DNA from: an uncultured Methanoregulaceae archaeon
GTDB taxonomy: Archaea; Halobacteriota; Methanomicrobia; Methanomicrobiales; Methanospirillaceae
Reading direction: 5' to 3'
Assembly (NCBI GenBank): GCA_963717525.1
Contig: OY970343.1
Span: 224,001 to 288,000, forward strand
Length of the DNA: 64,000 bases
The translations under genes and the position numbers were made by a program. Shown here one piece after another: positions 40,610-51,419 of the stretch (positions are counted from its first letter, which is position 1; each line of letters begins with the position of its first letter). Below the pieces are notes generated by a model. The model worked only from the letters and a program-made list of their open reading frames with translations, searched no databases and was not told the origin of the DNA.

Positions 40610-41933
40610 TGATGGACAGTCTCTCTGACGCCCTCAAGGACGCCCTCAAGAAACTCGCCGGGAAAGCCGTAGTCGACCGTGCAGCAGTCGACGAGCTCGT
40701 CAAGAACCTCCAGCGGGCGCTTCTCTCGGCTGATGTGAACGTCAAGCTGGTGATGGAACTCTCAAAAGCGATCCGCTCCCGGTCGCTTGACGAGGAAGTG
40801 CCGAAAAACACCAATGTCCGCGAACACGTCCTCCGCATCGTCTACCAGGAACTGGTCCGGCTTGTCTATGCCTCGGCAGATGTAAAACTCGAGCCGCAGG
40901 TCATCCTGATGGCCGGCCTCCAGGGAAGCGGCAAGACAACGACCACGGCAAAGATCGCCCGCTACTTCCAGAAGAAGGGCATGAAAGTCGGGGTGATCTG
41001 CGCCGATACCTTCCGTCCCGGTGCCTACAACCAGCTTGCTACCCTCTGTGCGAAGATCAATGTGCCCTGCATCGGCGACCCGAAAGCCACCGATGCCCGG
41101 AAGATCGTAAAAGAGGGCCTCGTTGCCGTCAAAGACCAGGAGATCATCATCGTTGATACCCAGGGCCGCCACGCGCTGGAGCCCGACCTGATCCAGGAGA
41201 TCATCGACCTCAACGCGATCACGAAGGCCACCCACCGCTGGCTCGTGATCGATGCCGCGCTCGGCCAGCAGGCGAGCGAGCAGGCACGCCGGTTCCATGA
41301 AGCGATCGGGATCGACGGCGTGATCATCACCAAGATGGACGGCACGGCAAAAGGCGGGGGAGCACTCTCTGCCGTGGCCGAGACCAAGAGCGGGATCGTC
41401 TTTATCGGCGCAGGGGAGACGATCGAGAACCTCGAACGCTTCGATGCAAACGGCTTTATCTCCCGGCTCCTCGGGATGGGCGATCTGCAGGCCCTCTACG
41501 AGAAAGTCCAGGAAGCCCAGGTGTCAAACGAGGTTGACATGGAAGCGATGATGAAGGGCCACTTCACCCTTCGCGACATGTACAAGCAGCTCGAAGCCCT
41601 CAACAAGATGGGCCCCTTGAAACAGATCATGAACATGCTCCCGATGGGGAACATGCAGCTCCCCGAGGGTGTCTACGATGTGACGAGCACCAAGATGGTG
41701 CGGTACCGGATCCTCATGGACTCGATGACGCCCCAGGAGCTCGACGATCCCGGCATCATCTCCAGTTCCCGGATGCAGCGGATCGCCCGGGGGCCGGCGG
41801 GACCCCTGAAGAAGTCAGGGAACTTCTGAAATATTACAAGATGATGCACAAGACCCTCAAGGGTCTGCGGGGCGCCGGCGGCGGAAAATTCAACATGCAG
41901 CGCCTGATGAAACGCTTCTCCGGAATGCAGTGA
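40609..41933 (+). CDS. srp54: Signal recognition particle protein SRP54 (frameshift near 41792)
   Basis: [29 protein letters not shown]-domain; tail ends MKRFSGMQ in the shifted frame. Confidence 0.96.
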
Positions 41934-41934
41934 G

Positions 41935-42510
41935 ATGACCTCGTTTGCCATAGTCGGGCATCTTGCCCGCACGGACGGGGATTTTTCCTTGAACGATCTC
42001 CCCGGGGCAGGACGTATGGACGTGCTCTGCCGGTGCGTGAACGCATCGCTCTTCCTCTCCCACGACCTGCGCCGAGACGCAGACTGTTACCTTGTCCTCC
42101 TCGGAGGTCCTAAGGCACCAAAGACCGTGCTCTTCCGGGGGGGCGAACTTCGCTCGCTCTCCCCCGATGAACGGAGTGCCGGGGCGCTTGTCAAAAAAGC
42201 GCTCTCCATTCCCTGCGGGAGCGAGTTCCGCGAAGCTGCGCCCGGGGTGTACGTAAGGAATGGCGGCCTTGAACGCCTCTTTACGGAACACGCGTTTGCC
42301 GTGCTGGACGAGAAGGGCACCGATATCAGAATGGTCCCGGCCGTGCCGGAGGCATTCCTGCTCTCGGATCACCAGAACTTTTCCGATGCCGAGGAAGCGC
42401 TCGTAAAAGATGCACCCCGGTATTCGGTGGGGCCGGTCTGCCTGCATGCAGATCATACGATTACGGTCATCTCAAATGAGATCGATCGGAGGAAGAACGG
42501 ATGGAAATAA
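41935..42510 (+). CDS. trmY: tRNA (pseudouridine54-N1)-methyltransferase
   Basis: FSLNDLPG.GRMDVLCR, PDERS, LSDH, SVGP..LHADH. Confidence 0.93.
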   Translation: MTSFAIVGHLARTDGDFSLNDLPGAGRMDVLCRCVNASLFLSHDLRRDADCYLVLLGGPKAPKTVLFRGGELRSLSPDERSAGALVKKALSIPCGSEFREAAPGVYVRNGGLERLFTEHAFAVLDEKGTDIRMVPAVPEAFLLSDHQNFSDAEEALVKDAPRYSVGPVCLHADHTITVISNEIDRRKNGWK

Positions 42511-43733
42511 ACGAACAGGTCGAAAAGATCCTCGCCTACGGAGACTGCTGCGATCACTGCCTGGGACGGTTCTTTGGCAAACGCTCGCACGGTCTTGGTG
42601 ACGATGAACGGGGCCGGGGCCTCAGGATAGCACGGGCGCTGGCCTCAAACCAGCCGTACGAACGCTTCTCCGGCATCTGCTGGGTCTGCGGGAATTTCTT
42701 TGACGCGGTACCGGAATGGGCACAAAAAGTGGTAGCCGCGATGGAGGGGTTCGAGTACTCGACCTTCCTTGTCGGCTGCCGGGTCCCCCCGCTTATCGCA
42801 GAGAACGAGGAGATGGTCTGGAGCGACCTCTCCCTTGGCGATCCCGAGCCGTTCAAGTCCGAGGTGAACCGCGAGGTGGGAAAGGCGGTATCGGCATTAA
42901 CGGGAAAGACCGTAGACTTCAAAAAACCAGATATCATCGCCCTGCTCGACCCGGCATCCGGCATGGTCGACATCCAGGTCAACTCCGTATTCTTCTACGG
43001 GAGGTACCAGAAGTTCGAGCGTGGTATCCCCCAGACCCACTGGAACTGCCGGGCCTGCAAGGGAGCAGGCTGCGAAAAGTGCAACTATACCGGCAAGCAG
43101 TACCTGGACTCGGTGGAAGAGCTGATCGGCAGGCCGGCTATTGAGGCATTCGACGCGGAAGATGCGGTGCTGCACGGCGCTGGCAGGGAGGATATCGATG
43201 CCCGCTGTGTAGGAACAGGCCGGCCGTTCATCCTTGAGATCGTTGCCCCGAAAAAGCGTTCAATCGACCTTGCCGCCCTCGAAGCAGAGATCAACAGGAG
43301 TGCAGATGGAAGGGTTGCGGTTGCCCTTTCGCACTGGAGCGACCGATCTGATGTGGAAACCCTTAAATCAAGTAAAGCGCATAAAAAATACAGGATCCTG
43401 GTCGAGGTTGAAGGGCAATTATCTGCGGGAGAACTCGCAAATGCCCTGAAAACCTTAAAGGGCGTCACAATACAGCAGCGCACGCCCGTACGGGTCGCCC
43501 ACCGGAGAGCTGATAAGATCCGGGAGCGTAAAGTCCTCGATATCGAGTTCGTAGGGGAACAGGATGGAAAGTTCATCCTTGAAGTCCTGGGCGAAGCCGG
43601 CCTCTACATCAAGGAACTCGTATCAGGCGATCAGGGAAGGACCATCCCGAGTCTTGCCGAGATCCTGCAGCGATCGGCGCACGTCACCAGCCTTGATGTC
43701 GTGCAGGTAGAAGGACCACAGGAGGGAGATTAA
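42501..43733 (+). CDS. pus10: tRNA pseudouridine(54/55) synthase Pus10
   Basis: CDHCLGR, GIPQT.W.C, HGAGREDIDAR, GLYIKELVSGD.GRT. Confidence 0.95.
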   Translation: MEINEQVEKILAYGDCCDHCLGRFFGKRSHGLGDDERGRGLRIARALASNQPYERFSGICWVCGNFFDAVPEWAQKVVAAMEGFEYSTFLVGCRVPPLIAENEEMVWSDLSLGDPEPFKSEVNREVGKAVSALTGKTVDFKKPDIIALLDPASGMVDIQVNSVFFYGRYQKFERGIPQTHWNCRACKGAGCEKCNYTGKQYLDSVEELIGRPAIEAFDAEDAVLHGAGREDIDARCVGTGRPFILEIVAPKKRSIDLAALEAEINRSADGRVAVALSHWSDRSDVETLKSSKAHKKYRILVEVEGQLSAGELANALKTLKGVTIQQRTPVRVAHRRADKIRERKVLDIEFVGEQDGKFILEVLGEAGLYIKELVSGDQGRTIPSLAEILQRSAHVTSLDVVQVEGPQEGD

Positions 43734-43735
43734 CA

Positions 43736-44026
43736 ATGGCACACCACAATGGACCAAGAAAGAAAACACGGTATAAGTTCAAGAAAGAATTGAGACAGCG
43801 CGGGCTGCCGCCGGTCACCTCCGTCATCCAGCAGTTCGAGGTCGGCGAGAAGGTACATATCGTTGTGAACTCAAGCATCCAGAAAGGCATGCCGCACCGC
43901 CGGTTCCACGGGCTCACGGGCACCGTGATCGGAAAAAGGGGCCGGGCATGGATGCTCTCCATTCACGACGGCAATGCGGAAAAAACGGTCATTGCGCGAC
44001 CGCAACATCTAAAAGCGCAAAAGTAA
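43736..44026 (+). CDS. rpl21e: 50S ribosomal protein L21e
   Basis: GPRKKTR, KGMPHRRFHG.TG, RPQHL. Confidence 0.97.
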   Translation: MAHHNGPRKKTRYKFKKELRQRGLPPVTSVIQQFEVGEKVHIVVNSSIQKGMPHRRFHGLTGTVIGKRGRAWMLSIHDGNAEKTVIARPQHLKAQK

Positions 44027-44049
44027 ACTCAATTGTCTAGGTGATTGGC

Positions 44050-44401
44050 ATGAAAGTGAAGGGTATTATTAGCGAAGAGAAGGTTACGCTCCCTGAACTC
44101 CGCGCCGCTCTTATGGGCGTGGAATCAGAGAGAATTGCTGCCGAAAAGGAGTTGTCCTACGAGTTCAGGCGCAGCATGGATCATGCCAATCAGTCTTGCC
44201 AAGACCACGCCTGAAAAATCCAAAGAGCTGGTGGAGAAACTCCTCAAGCTCGAGAAGATGAAGCCGGAGATCGCCTACCGTATAGCAAATATCATGCCCA
44301 AGAGCCGGGACGAAGTTCGGGCGATCTTCGCAAAGGAGCGTTTCACGCTCGCTCCTGAAGAGATTGATTCCATCATCGACCTGGTCATGGCACACTTCTG
44401 A
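44050..44401 (+). CDS. rpo4: RNA polymerase subunit Rpo4/F (frameshift near 44192)
   Basis: ELSYEFRRSMDHA; IANIMPKSRDEVRAIFAKER; position after rpl21e. Confidence 0.9.
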
Positions 44402-44411
44402 GGTGTTTTGC

Positions 44412-44975
44412 ATGAAGGCCGAGAAAAAAGAGGTCAACGCGATCGTACTGGATGTGCTCATGAAAGGGCACGCCGAGGATCCCCGGCCCCAGTTCAAGCG
44501 GGAACCAGTTGTCCAGGCAATGGGGCTTGAACAGTTCAAGCTGCTTGAACTGATCCCCAAACCCGGCGTGGTCATCAATCTCCACGACAAGGTCTATATC
44601 GGGGACTCCGAGAGGGACAGGATCGAACGCGTGAAGCGCCGGATCAGCTACGAGGAGCTGACCCCGACCGCAAAGGGAGAACTGCCGTTCATGATCGAGC
44701 AGATCGTGACCGAGCGGGAACAGGATTTTGTCACGTTCTTTAACAAGGCGATCTCGATCACGCCCAAGCTCCACATGCTGCACCTGCTGCCCGGTATCGG
44801 GAAGAAACTGATGTGGGAGGTGCTGGAATCCCGGAACAAAAAGCCGTTCGAGAGTTTCGCGGATATATCCACACGGATCAAGTCGATCCCCCACCCGGAG
44901 AAGATGATCCAGGCCCGGATCCTTGAAGAACTGCAGGAAAAGGACGTCAAATACCACCTCTTCACCACGAAATGA
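44412..44975 (+). CDS. DUF655 family RNA-binding protein
   Basis: QFKLLEL, FFNKAISITPKLH.L.LLPGIGKK, KYHLF. Confidence 0.92.
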   Translation: MKAEKKEVNAIVLDVLMKGHAEDPRPQFKREPVVQAMGLEQFKLLELIPKPGVVINLHDKVYIGDSERDRIERVKRRISYEELTPTAKGELPFMIEQIVTEREQDFVTFFNKAISITPKLHMLHLLPGIGKKLMWEVLESRNKKPFESFADISTRIKSIPHPEKMIQARILEELQEKDVKYHLFTTK

Positions 44976-45736
44976 AAGCCCGTCACGACCAGCACTTCCT
45001 TATCGACAAGAACGCAATACACCGGATCGCGGATCTTGAAGACGTGAAGGGAAAGACGGTACTTGAGGTTGGGCCGGGGAACGGGGCCCTGACCCGAGCC
45101 CTGCTCGACCGGGGTGCCCTTGTCCACGCGGTGGAGCTTGACGGTATCCTCTGCGAAGGACTGGCAGATCTTTTCTCTGAAGAGATCCAGAAAGGAACGC
45201 TCACGATCACGCATGGGGATGCGACCCGGTGCGACCTCCTGCCGTTTGAGATGGTAGTCTCCAACCTCCCCTACTCGGTCTCATCGAAGATCACCTTCCG
45301 GCTCCTCGATATCGGTTTCGCGGTGGCCGTGCTGATGTTTCAGGAAGAGTTTGCCCGGCGCATGGCAGCCCCGGCAGGCACGAAAGACTGCGGGCGGCTC
45401 TCGATCATGGTGCAGACCTATGCCGCCGTGCAGCAGTGTTTCACGCTGCCTCCCACCTGCTTCTCGCCCAAGCCCCAGGTGCACTCGATGGTGGTGAAGA
45501 TCTTCCCCCGCCCTCCGATCTTTGGGGTCAGTGACAAAAAGCGGTACGCGGACGTGGTGCGGGCGCTCTTTACCCACCGGAGAAAGACGGTGCGAAACGG
45601 CCTCAGGGGATCATCGGGTATTCTTGATCCCGGATGGGCAAAGCGCGTTATTGACGCACTGCCGGGCGAAATTCTCCAGAGCCGGCCGGAAGAGCTGTAC
45701 CTCGAGGATTTTGCGACGATTGCGAATTTTACGTAA
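44972..45736 (+). CDS. rsmA: 16S rRNA dimethyladenosine transferase
   Basis: QHFL, LEVGPGNGALT, SNLPYSVSS, GRLS, F.PKPQV.S. Confidence 0.95.
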   Translation: MKARHDQHFLIDKNAIHRIADLEDVKGKTVLEVGPGNGALTRALLDRGALVHAVELDGILCEGLADLFSEEIQKGTLTITHGDATRCDLLPFEMVVSNLPYSVSSKITFRLLDIGFAVAVLMFQEEFARRMAAPAGTKDCGRLSIMVQTYAAVQQCFTLPPTCFSPKPQVHSMVVKIFPRPPIFGVSDKKRYADVVRALFTHRRKTVRNGLRGSSGILDPGWAKRVIDALPGEILQSRPEELYLEDFATIANFT

Positions 45737-46144
45737 ATCTTTGTAAGCGCTGTCTTTTTGGGGGTCTGTCCTCCCAAATGCACACCATTATACCTCTTTT
45801 TGGTGATCCCCCCCGGTTTGCCCGTGGTATCCTGATCACTCCTGCGATGAAAAGGGGGAATGGGTACACGGCAACCGATGTGCGTCTGACGGATATTATC
45901 AGTTTTTACAGGGTGTTGTGTGCGGTATTTCGCTATGGATCTCCACCTCATCGCGGGCAGGGGTTCCCTCTATAAATTGCCGGCAGGTTTATAGAATGCA
46001 GCATAAAGAAAAATCGGGATTACTAGGTTATCATGACTTAAAAACCGGATCCGGGGTCATATCCGGGGATAATTTTTCTTAAACCGGGCAATTTTTGCCG
46101 TCGCCTCGATCATTGATGGCGTGTTGTGATTACCAAGCGGGGGA

Positions 46145-46414
46145 TCAGGGCTCTTTCCTGCTCCCGCCAAGGATCTTTCTTGTTGTTGAGATGATCCACC
46201 GCCGGTTCAGGAACAGGTGGAAGAAGACGAAAAGCCCAAGGAGAATACCGGACCAGTCATGGAGGTTAGAGATCAATGCCTCGGGAAGGATCACGGTATC
46301 CAACCCGGTCAGCTGCAACAGTACGGTATATTTCAGAAGCCCGGTGATAAAACAGATCGCAAAGGTGATCCCCATGAGGAGATCTACCAGCCATTTTACT
46401 TTGACCCAGTCCAT
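46145..46414 (-). CDS. DUF4405-like small membrane protein
   Basis: VDLLMG..F.ICFITG, LHDWSG....HLFLNRRW. Confidence 0.8.
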   Translation of the reverse strand: MDWVKVKWLVDLLMGITFAICFITGLLKYTVLLQLTGLDTVILPEALISNLHDWSGILLGLFVFFHLFLNRRWIISTTRKILGGSRKEP

Positions 46415-46511
46415 CTGATCTTCCCTTTCCCCTGTTCCCTCATATTGGTTTGTACAGGTACAACAGGCAGAGGCAATCCCTTTTTCCCCCCGCCGCCCTA
46501 CACTTCCTGTC

Positions 46512-47068
46512 ATGCCCTATGATCCTGCGCAGGTATACCAACCCGAGGCCGACACGTTTCTGCTCCTTGAGGTTGTACTGGCTGAAGTAAGGCCCGGGGA
46601 TCGGGTGCTGGAGATCGGCACCGGCTCCGGTCGGGTTGCCGCGGCACTCGTACAGGACTGTGATGTCGTGGTAACCGACATCAATCCTCATGCGACATTC
46701 TGCGCACGGGAGAAAGGACTGGATGCAGTGCGAACCAATCTCTTCTCCGGCCTTCGGGGCAGGTTTGATCTTATCCTCTTCAACCCCCCGTACCTCCCCA
46801 CACAGCCGGACGAGCGGATCGATGACTGGCTGGAATATGCGCTTGACGGCGGCGCGACCGGTCGGATTGTCATTGAGCGGTGTGCTGCATCTATCGGCGA
46901 TGTGCTTGCCCCGGGGGGAGGATCCTCCTTCTGGTCTCCTCGCTCACCGGGCTTTCAGAAGTGAGGGAGATATTTGCCGGCCGCGGTTTTCTGGCTGAGG
47001 TGGTACGGCAGCAGGTTGTGGAGGACGAGGAACTTTTCGTGCTCCGGATCACCAGGAGAGAAATCTAA
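46512..47068 (+). CDS. HemK2/MTQ2-family protein glutamine methyltransferase (frameshift near 46917)
   Basis: VYQPEADTFLL, LEIGTGSG, FNPPY, DGG..G; LLLVSSLTG in the shifted frame. Confidence 0.92.
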
Positions 47069-47232
47069 CTTCTCAGCCAGAGGATGAGCACAACTACATT
47101 TATTGCTGGAATGAGGCCAATCATCGCGATCCCCGGCAGGAACCAGCTGCTGTCGAAGAGCAGGTACGCAGCCCAAAGCAGTCCTGTGCAGGAGAGCAGG
47201 AAGAAGAAAACGAACTGGCGCAGACTATACAT
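47065..47232 (-). CDS. 55-aa two-TM small protein (not in ORF track)
   Basis: Hand translation MYSLRQFVFFFLLSCTGLLWAAYLLFDSSWFLPGIAMIGLIPAINVVVLILWLRS; AAGGA upstream. Confidence 0.55.
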   Translation of the reverse strand: MYSLRQFVFFFLLSCTGLLWAAYLLFDSSWFLPGIAMIGLIPAINVVVLILWLRS

Positions 47233-47539
47233 GGATTCCTTTACTGTATGCCGTGCCGGTTAGTAGCCTTTTTGTTTTTGCTATTTGATCAGGGGCATCA
47301 GCTCTCCCGCACCCCAGGCGATCAAAACTATGTAAGGAAAAACCGGCGGTATATCAAGCAGATTTTCCAACTATTTCCCGTGTGACCCGCCCCATTCGCG
47401 CAGGTAATCCCATGGACACAAAAACAACCGACGACATCCCCTGCCGCCTTCGCCGGGTCGCCCCTCTGGTAACAACAGTCCTGTTTCCGGACGCCCGGTG
47501 AACAAAACAGAGCCCCTGGAGTTTTAAGACGCCGGAAGG

Positions 47540-48325
47540 TTATACAATCAGCCGGCGGCGCATCAGGTTGATCGAGATGATGCAGAAGATGATCGTGGCG
47601 ATGATTATCCATGCGATATTCAGGGGGAGCAGCGCTCCGATGGATGGAAGAGTGGCCATCCGCATGAGCGCCACAAGGTGGGTGAGCGGGAAGATCGCGA
47701 GGGCGACATACTGGAGGATCGCCGGGAGAATGCTGAGGGGGAAGAAGGTGCCCGAGAAGAGCATCATCGGCGTGATGAGCAGGAACGACGGGTAGTTGAG
47801 CGTGTCGATGCTTGGGGTGATTGCGGTAAAGCACATCGCAAGGCCGGCAAACGTGAGCCCGCCGAGGAACGCGAGCGGGATGGCTAAAAGCGAGAAGGGG
47901 AGCGAGATGACCCCGAACACCGCAAGCACCGGGAGCATGATCGTAACCGAGATCACGCTCCGGGTGGCACCCCAGAGGAGCTCTCCCGCGATCACGTCTT
48001 CTATCGAGAGCGGTGTCGCGATGATCGCATCGAAACTCTTCTGGTAGTACATCCGCACGTAAGATCCGTAGGTGCACTCGAAGAAAGCGGAGTTCATGAC
48101 CGAGATTGCAAGGACGGCCGGGGCAATATAATCGATATACGGCACTCCGTTGATAGCACCGACATACGTCCCGATCCCAAGGCCGATGGCAGTCAGGTAC
48201 AGAAGCGCCTCAATAAACGGCGGGAAGAAGTTCACTTTCCAGGTTTTGAAAAAGACATCGAGGTTGCGCTGCCAGACCTTTCCGGCGCGACGGGTAATCC
48301 GAGGAAAAGACAAGATGGACGGCAT
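47540..48325 (-). CDS. ABC-2 type exporter permease (NodJ-like)
   Basis: VWQRN, YIAPA, ECTYGSYVRM, TPL...GELLWG, FSGTFFP. Confidence 0.92.
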   Translation of the reverse strand: MPSILSFPRITRRAGKVWQRNLDVFFKTWKVNFFPPFIEALLYLTAIGLGIGTYVGAINGVPYIDYIAPAVLAISVMNSAFFECTYGSYVRMYYQKSFDAIIATPLSIEDVIAGELLWGATRSVISVTIMLPVLAVFGVISLPFSLLAIPLAFLGGLTFAGLAMCFTAITPSIDTLNYPSFLLITPMMLFSGTFFPLSILPAILQYVALAIFPLTHLVALMRMATLPSIGALLPLNIAWIIIATIIFCIISINLMRRRLIV

Positions 48326-48326
48326 C

Positions 48327-49235
48327 TTACTCCCTCAGGGTTCTTCCGGTCAGTTTCAGGAAGACATCCTCAAGCGTCGCCGGCCTGGTGCTCACCCTGC
48401 TTGTTTTACACCGGTCAAGCAGGGTCTTTGCAAGTTCCCGCGATGCATCCGTCGCTACCTGTACCTGGTTGCCGAGGCTTTCGTAAGGTACGCCCAGTTC
48501 CGCAAGGCAGGCCGTAACCTCGGGCGTGTTATCCATCTCGATGATCTCGTTTCCGACATGGTCCCGGACAAGATCGGCCGGATTTCCCTCGACAAGGAAC
48601 GTCCCGTGGTCCATGATCACCAGCCGGTCGCAGAGCCGAGCAGCCTCGTCGAGATAATGCGTGGTAAGGACAATGGTATTTCCCTGCGCCCGGAGAAGCC
48701 GGAGGCGGTCCCAGATCAGGTGACGTGCCTGCGGGTCGAGGCCGATGGTCGGCTCGTCGAGGATGAGCAGGTCCGGGTTGTTGATGAGCGCCCGGGCGAG
48801 GATGAGCCGGCGTTTCATGCCCCCGGAGAGCTTGTCGATGGCGGTGTTGCGTTTCTCGGTGAGCGCCACAAACACGAGCAGATTCTCCACCCGCCTTTCT
48901 GCCTCGGCCGTTGGAATATCGAAGTACCGGGCATAGGTGAGAAGGTTTCCTGCACACGTGAAGTCCGGGTCGAGGTTGGTCTCCTGCGGGACAACGCCGA
49001 TCCGCTGTTTGATCCCGGCAGGGTTTATATCCGGATCCATGCCGAATACCCGTAACGTTCCTGATGTGCGGGGGGAGACACATTCGATCATCCGCATGGT
49101 GGTGGTTTTTCCTGCCCCGTTTGGCCCGAGGAAACCGAAGATCTCCCCTTTTTTCACGGAAAACCGGATATGGCTGACTGCAACTATCTCGTTGAAGGTC
49201 TTGGTCAGGTCGTCGGCTTCGATGATACCCGGCAT
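48327..49235 (-). CDS. ABC exporter ATP-binding protein (NodI-like)
   Basis: GPNGAGKTT, LSGGMKRRL, DEPTIGLDPQAR, LEDVFLKLTGR. Confidence 0.95.
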   Translation of the reverse strand: MPGIIEADDLTKTFNEIVAVSHIRFSVKKGEIFGFLGPNGAGKTTTMRMIECVSPRTSGTLRVFGMDPDINPAGIKQRIGVVPQETNLDPDFTCAGNLLTYARYFDIPTAEAERRVENLLVFVALTEKRNTAIDKLSGGMKRRLILARALINNPDLLILDEPTIGLDPQARHLIWDRLRLLRAQGNTIVLTTHYLDEAARLCDRLVIMDHGTFLVEGNPADLVRDHVGNEIIEMDNTPEVTACLAELGVPYESLGNQVQVATDASRELAKTLLDRCKTSRVSTRPATLEDVFLKLTGRTLRE

Positions 49236-49329
49236 CCATTCTCCTCCGTATCCCTCAGTTCATCGCGTATCCATAAAATTCTCTTTGCTCCAGAAGCGAT
49301 CACGGGGTGTACTGCAGGCGCGGTAAATA

Positions 49330-49791
49330 TCAGAATGCCATTGATGGGGTTTCTTCGCTTTTCACGAGAACAATACCGGCGATAAGGACCGCGAGCAGTG
49401 CCACGGTGGCAAACATCTGGATCGCATCGGTGGTCGCCACATTATAAACAAGGATATGCCGCACCATGCCGGTGAGGCCGGCGATCAAAAGTGCCCGCAC
49501 CTCAACATGCTTGGTCCGGAAATAGACCGTGACCGTCTCGAAGAGCACGATGATGGTGATGGTGAGGAGCAGGGCGTAGATCACCCCAACAAGACCGTCT
49601 GCAAAATCGTGCGTGATGATCATGGTGCCAATCTGCTGGGCCGCATCGTAGACCGAGAAGACCGCGACGATCGTGAGCATGGCAGCGACGATGATGTACA
49701 TCGCCAGCGGGACCAGGGAGAAGAACCTGATGATATACTCAAGGCCGGGCTGGTGTGCCGGTACATTTGCAACGGGGGTATTTTCTGGCAT
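49330..49791 (-). CDS. PsiE-family (phosphate-starvation-inducible) membrane protein
   Basis: Four TM; LL.I.I..LFETV..Y, LIAGL...VRHIL. Confidence 0.8.
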   Translation of the reverse strand: MPENTPVANVPAHQPGLEYIIRFFSLVPLAMYIIVAAMLTIVAVFSVYDAAQQIGTMIITHDFADGLVGVIYALLLTITIIVLFETVTVYFRTKHVEVRALLIAGLTGMVRHILVYNVATTDAIQMFATVALLAVLIAGIVLVKSEETPSMAF

Positions 49792-49871
49792 GGTATATAC
49801 ACCTGAACAGGTATAGTAGGTAGACTATACGGGATTAAAAAATAATAGGCCGGTGTAGTTCCTGCCCCTTA

Positions 49872-50345
49872 TTATCCCTTTTTCCGGATGCGGTCGATGG
49901 CCCGTGCTGCAGCCTCCCGGACTGTCTCAAAGGGATCTGCTGCTGCACCGGTGAGCGCACCGACTGCCCGGTGGTCGCCGAGCCTGCCCAGCACCTCTGC
50001 CGCCCCGGCCCGGATCCGGTCGTCCTTGTCGGCAAGACACCCGGTAAGGGGCAGGACCGCACGGCGGTCTTTCAGCCTCCCAAGCGCCACAATCGCCCCT
50101 GCCCGGACGCCGGGATCTTTGTCGGCCAGCGCCGCGATGAGTCCCGGTACGGCCCGGTCGTCGTCCAGCCTCCCGAGTGCCTGCGCCACTTCCCGGCGGA
50201 CAGCCGGGTGGGCGTCACCCAGAGCCAGAACAAGCGGCATGACCGCTGACGGGTTGCCGGATCGGCCGAGCCGGGCTGCGGCGTCGCGCCGAACCTTTAT
50301 GGTGGGTGAGCCCAATGCCGCAATCAGGGAGGTAAGTTCAGTCAT
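49872..50345 (-). CDS. HEAT/PBS-lyase repeat protein
   Basis: Repeated VR..AA.ALGRL.D.RAV..L..AL.D. Confidence 0.92.
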   Translation of the reverse strand: MTELTSLIAALGSPTIKVRRDAAARLGRSGNPSAVMPLVLALGDAHPAVRREVAQALGRLDDDRAVPGLIAALADKDPGVRAGAIVALGRLKDRRAVLPLTGCLADKDDRIRAGAAEVLGRLGDHRAVGALTGAAADPFETVREAAARAIDRIRKKG

Positions 50346-50373
50346 GACAGGGACCGTTTCCGGTCTTTTCGGA

Positions 50374-50721
50374 TCAGCGATCGCATTCTCCGCCGGACTC
50401 GTATGCGGCGATCACTTTCTTTGCCATTTCCGGCGAGATCCTGTCATGGACGAGTTTTACAAGCGCTTCTGCGTCCTCGGTCTCGAGGCAACCGAGCCCC
50501 TCTTCACCGGTCAGGATCTTTTCCGTGATATACGCCAGTTCCTCATCGGAAAGCCGGCTGATCCGCCCGGTAAAATCCTCGGCACTTTCTGCAAAATGGT
50601 TGGAGACCGGCGGCAGGATCGCGTGGAACTGGTGCCCTGAGCCGCCGCAGGTGAGATCCCCGCATTCAGGAGCGAGTTTTTTTAAGATTGCAATGTCCTT
50701 TTCGCTGAGTTCGCGTGCCAT
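50374..50721 (-). CDS. Hypothetical protein
   Basis: 115-aa ORF with natural composition; GGTG SD. Confidence 0.75.
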   Translation of the reverse strand: MARELSEKDIAILKKLAPECGDLTCGGSGHQFHAILPPVSNHFAESAEDFTGRISRLSDEELAYITEKILTGEEGLGCLETEDAEALVKLVHDRISPEMAKKVIAAYESGGECDR

Positions 50722-50814
50722 GGTTCACCATCCGTCGTGAAATGTATTTTTTGGAAGATCACGATGAGCCTTTTTCGCTCACCTGCCGGAAACATGTAAA
50801 AAAAAGACTGGTGA

Positions 50815-51213
50815 TCAGAAGTATTTATTGATCCAGTTTTTAATCCCTGCAATAATGCCTGTTCCGCTCCCGGACGAAGATTTCCTCTGGGGGGACCGGA
50901 TCGGCTGGGACTGGGGGCGGCTGGCCTGGACGGGAGGCGGGTGGGAAATCGTCCGCCGCTGGGCCGGTTCTGACCGTTCGGGGACGTCCCGGATCGTGCT
51001 GTGCGGTTCCTCTGCTTCGGGTTCAAACCCCCATGAGAAACCGACCTTGTATGCATTCTCGTTCTGGCGGATCCAGTTTGCGGCTGCCATATATCCCCGG
51101 TCTTCCGCCCGTTTTACCGTGTCCTGTGTGTCCAGTGTAAAATGGATCTCGCGTTCAAGAGCGACCAGCTCTTCATATACATTGCCTGGGACCTTGATCT
51201 TCTCCCTGCTCAT
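50815..51213 (-). CDS. Hypothetical protein with C-terminal amphipathic helix
   Basis: 132 aa; ends GIIAGIKNWINKYF. Confidence 0.7.
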   Translation of the reverse strand: MSREKIKVPGNVYEELVALEREIHFTLDTQDTVKRAEDRGYMAAANWIRQNENAYKVGFSWGFEPEAEEPHSTIRDVPERSEPAQRRTISHPPPVQASRPQSQPIRSPQRKSSSGSGTGIIAGIKNWINKYF

Positions 51214-51419
51214 AGTACTTCACATAGGGATATGCAGGGATACGATATTTAATGCTTCCTCATAAAAATGCGCAGATACGCGTTTAATCCACAAACCGGG
51301 TAAAAAAAAGAGCGTTAAATGCCTTATGCCCGATCCCTGCAGAAGGTTTGATGTCCGCGCCCGCAGATGATTAGTTGTTCCGTGCAAGCCCGGTATCCGG
51401 GTTGCCCGCGGGGTGTCTC

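Noticed and set aside
39559..44401. ftsY, srp54 and rpo4 as pseudogenes or programmed frameshifts
   Set aside because: Core genes with single isolated indels and no shared slippery motif; sequencing error is more parsimonious
47412..47501. 29-aa ORF MDTKTTDDIPCRLRR...
   Set aside because: No clear SD or distinctive composition; unsupported
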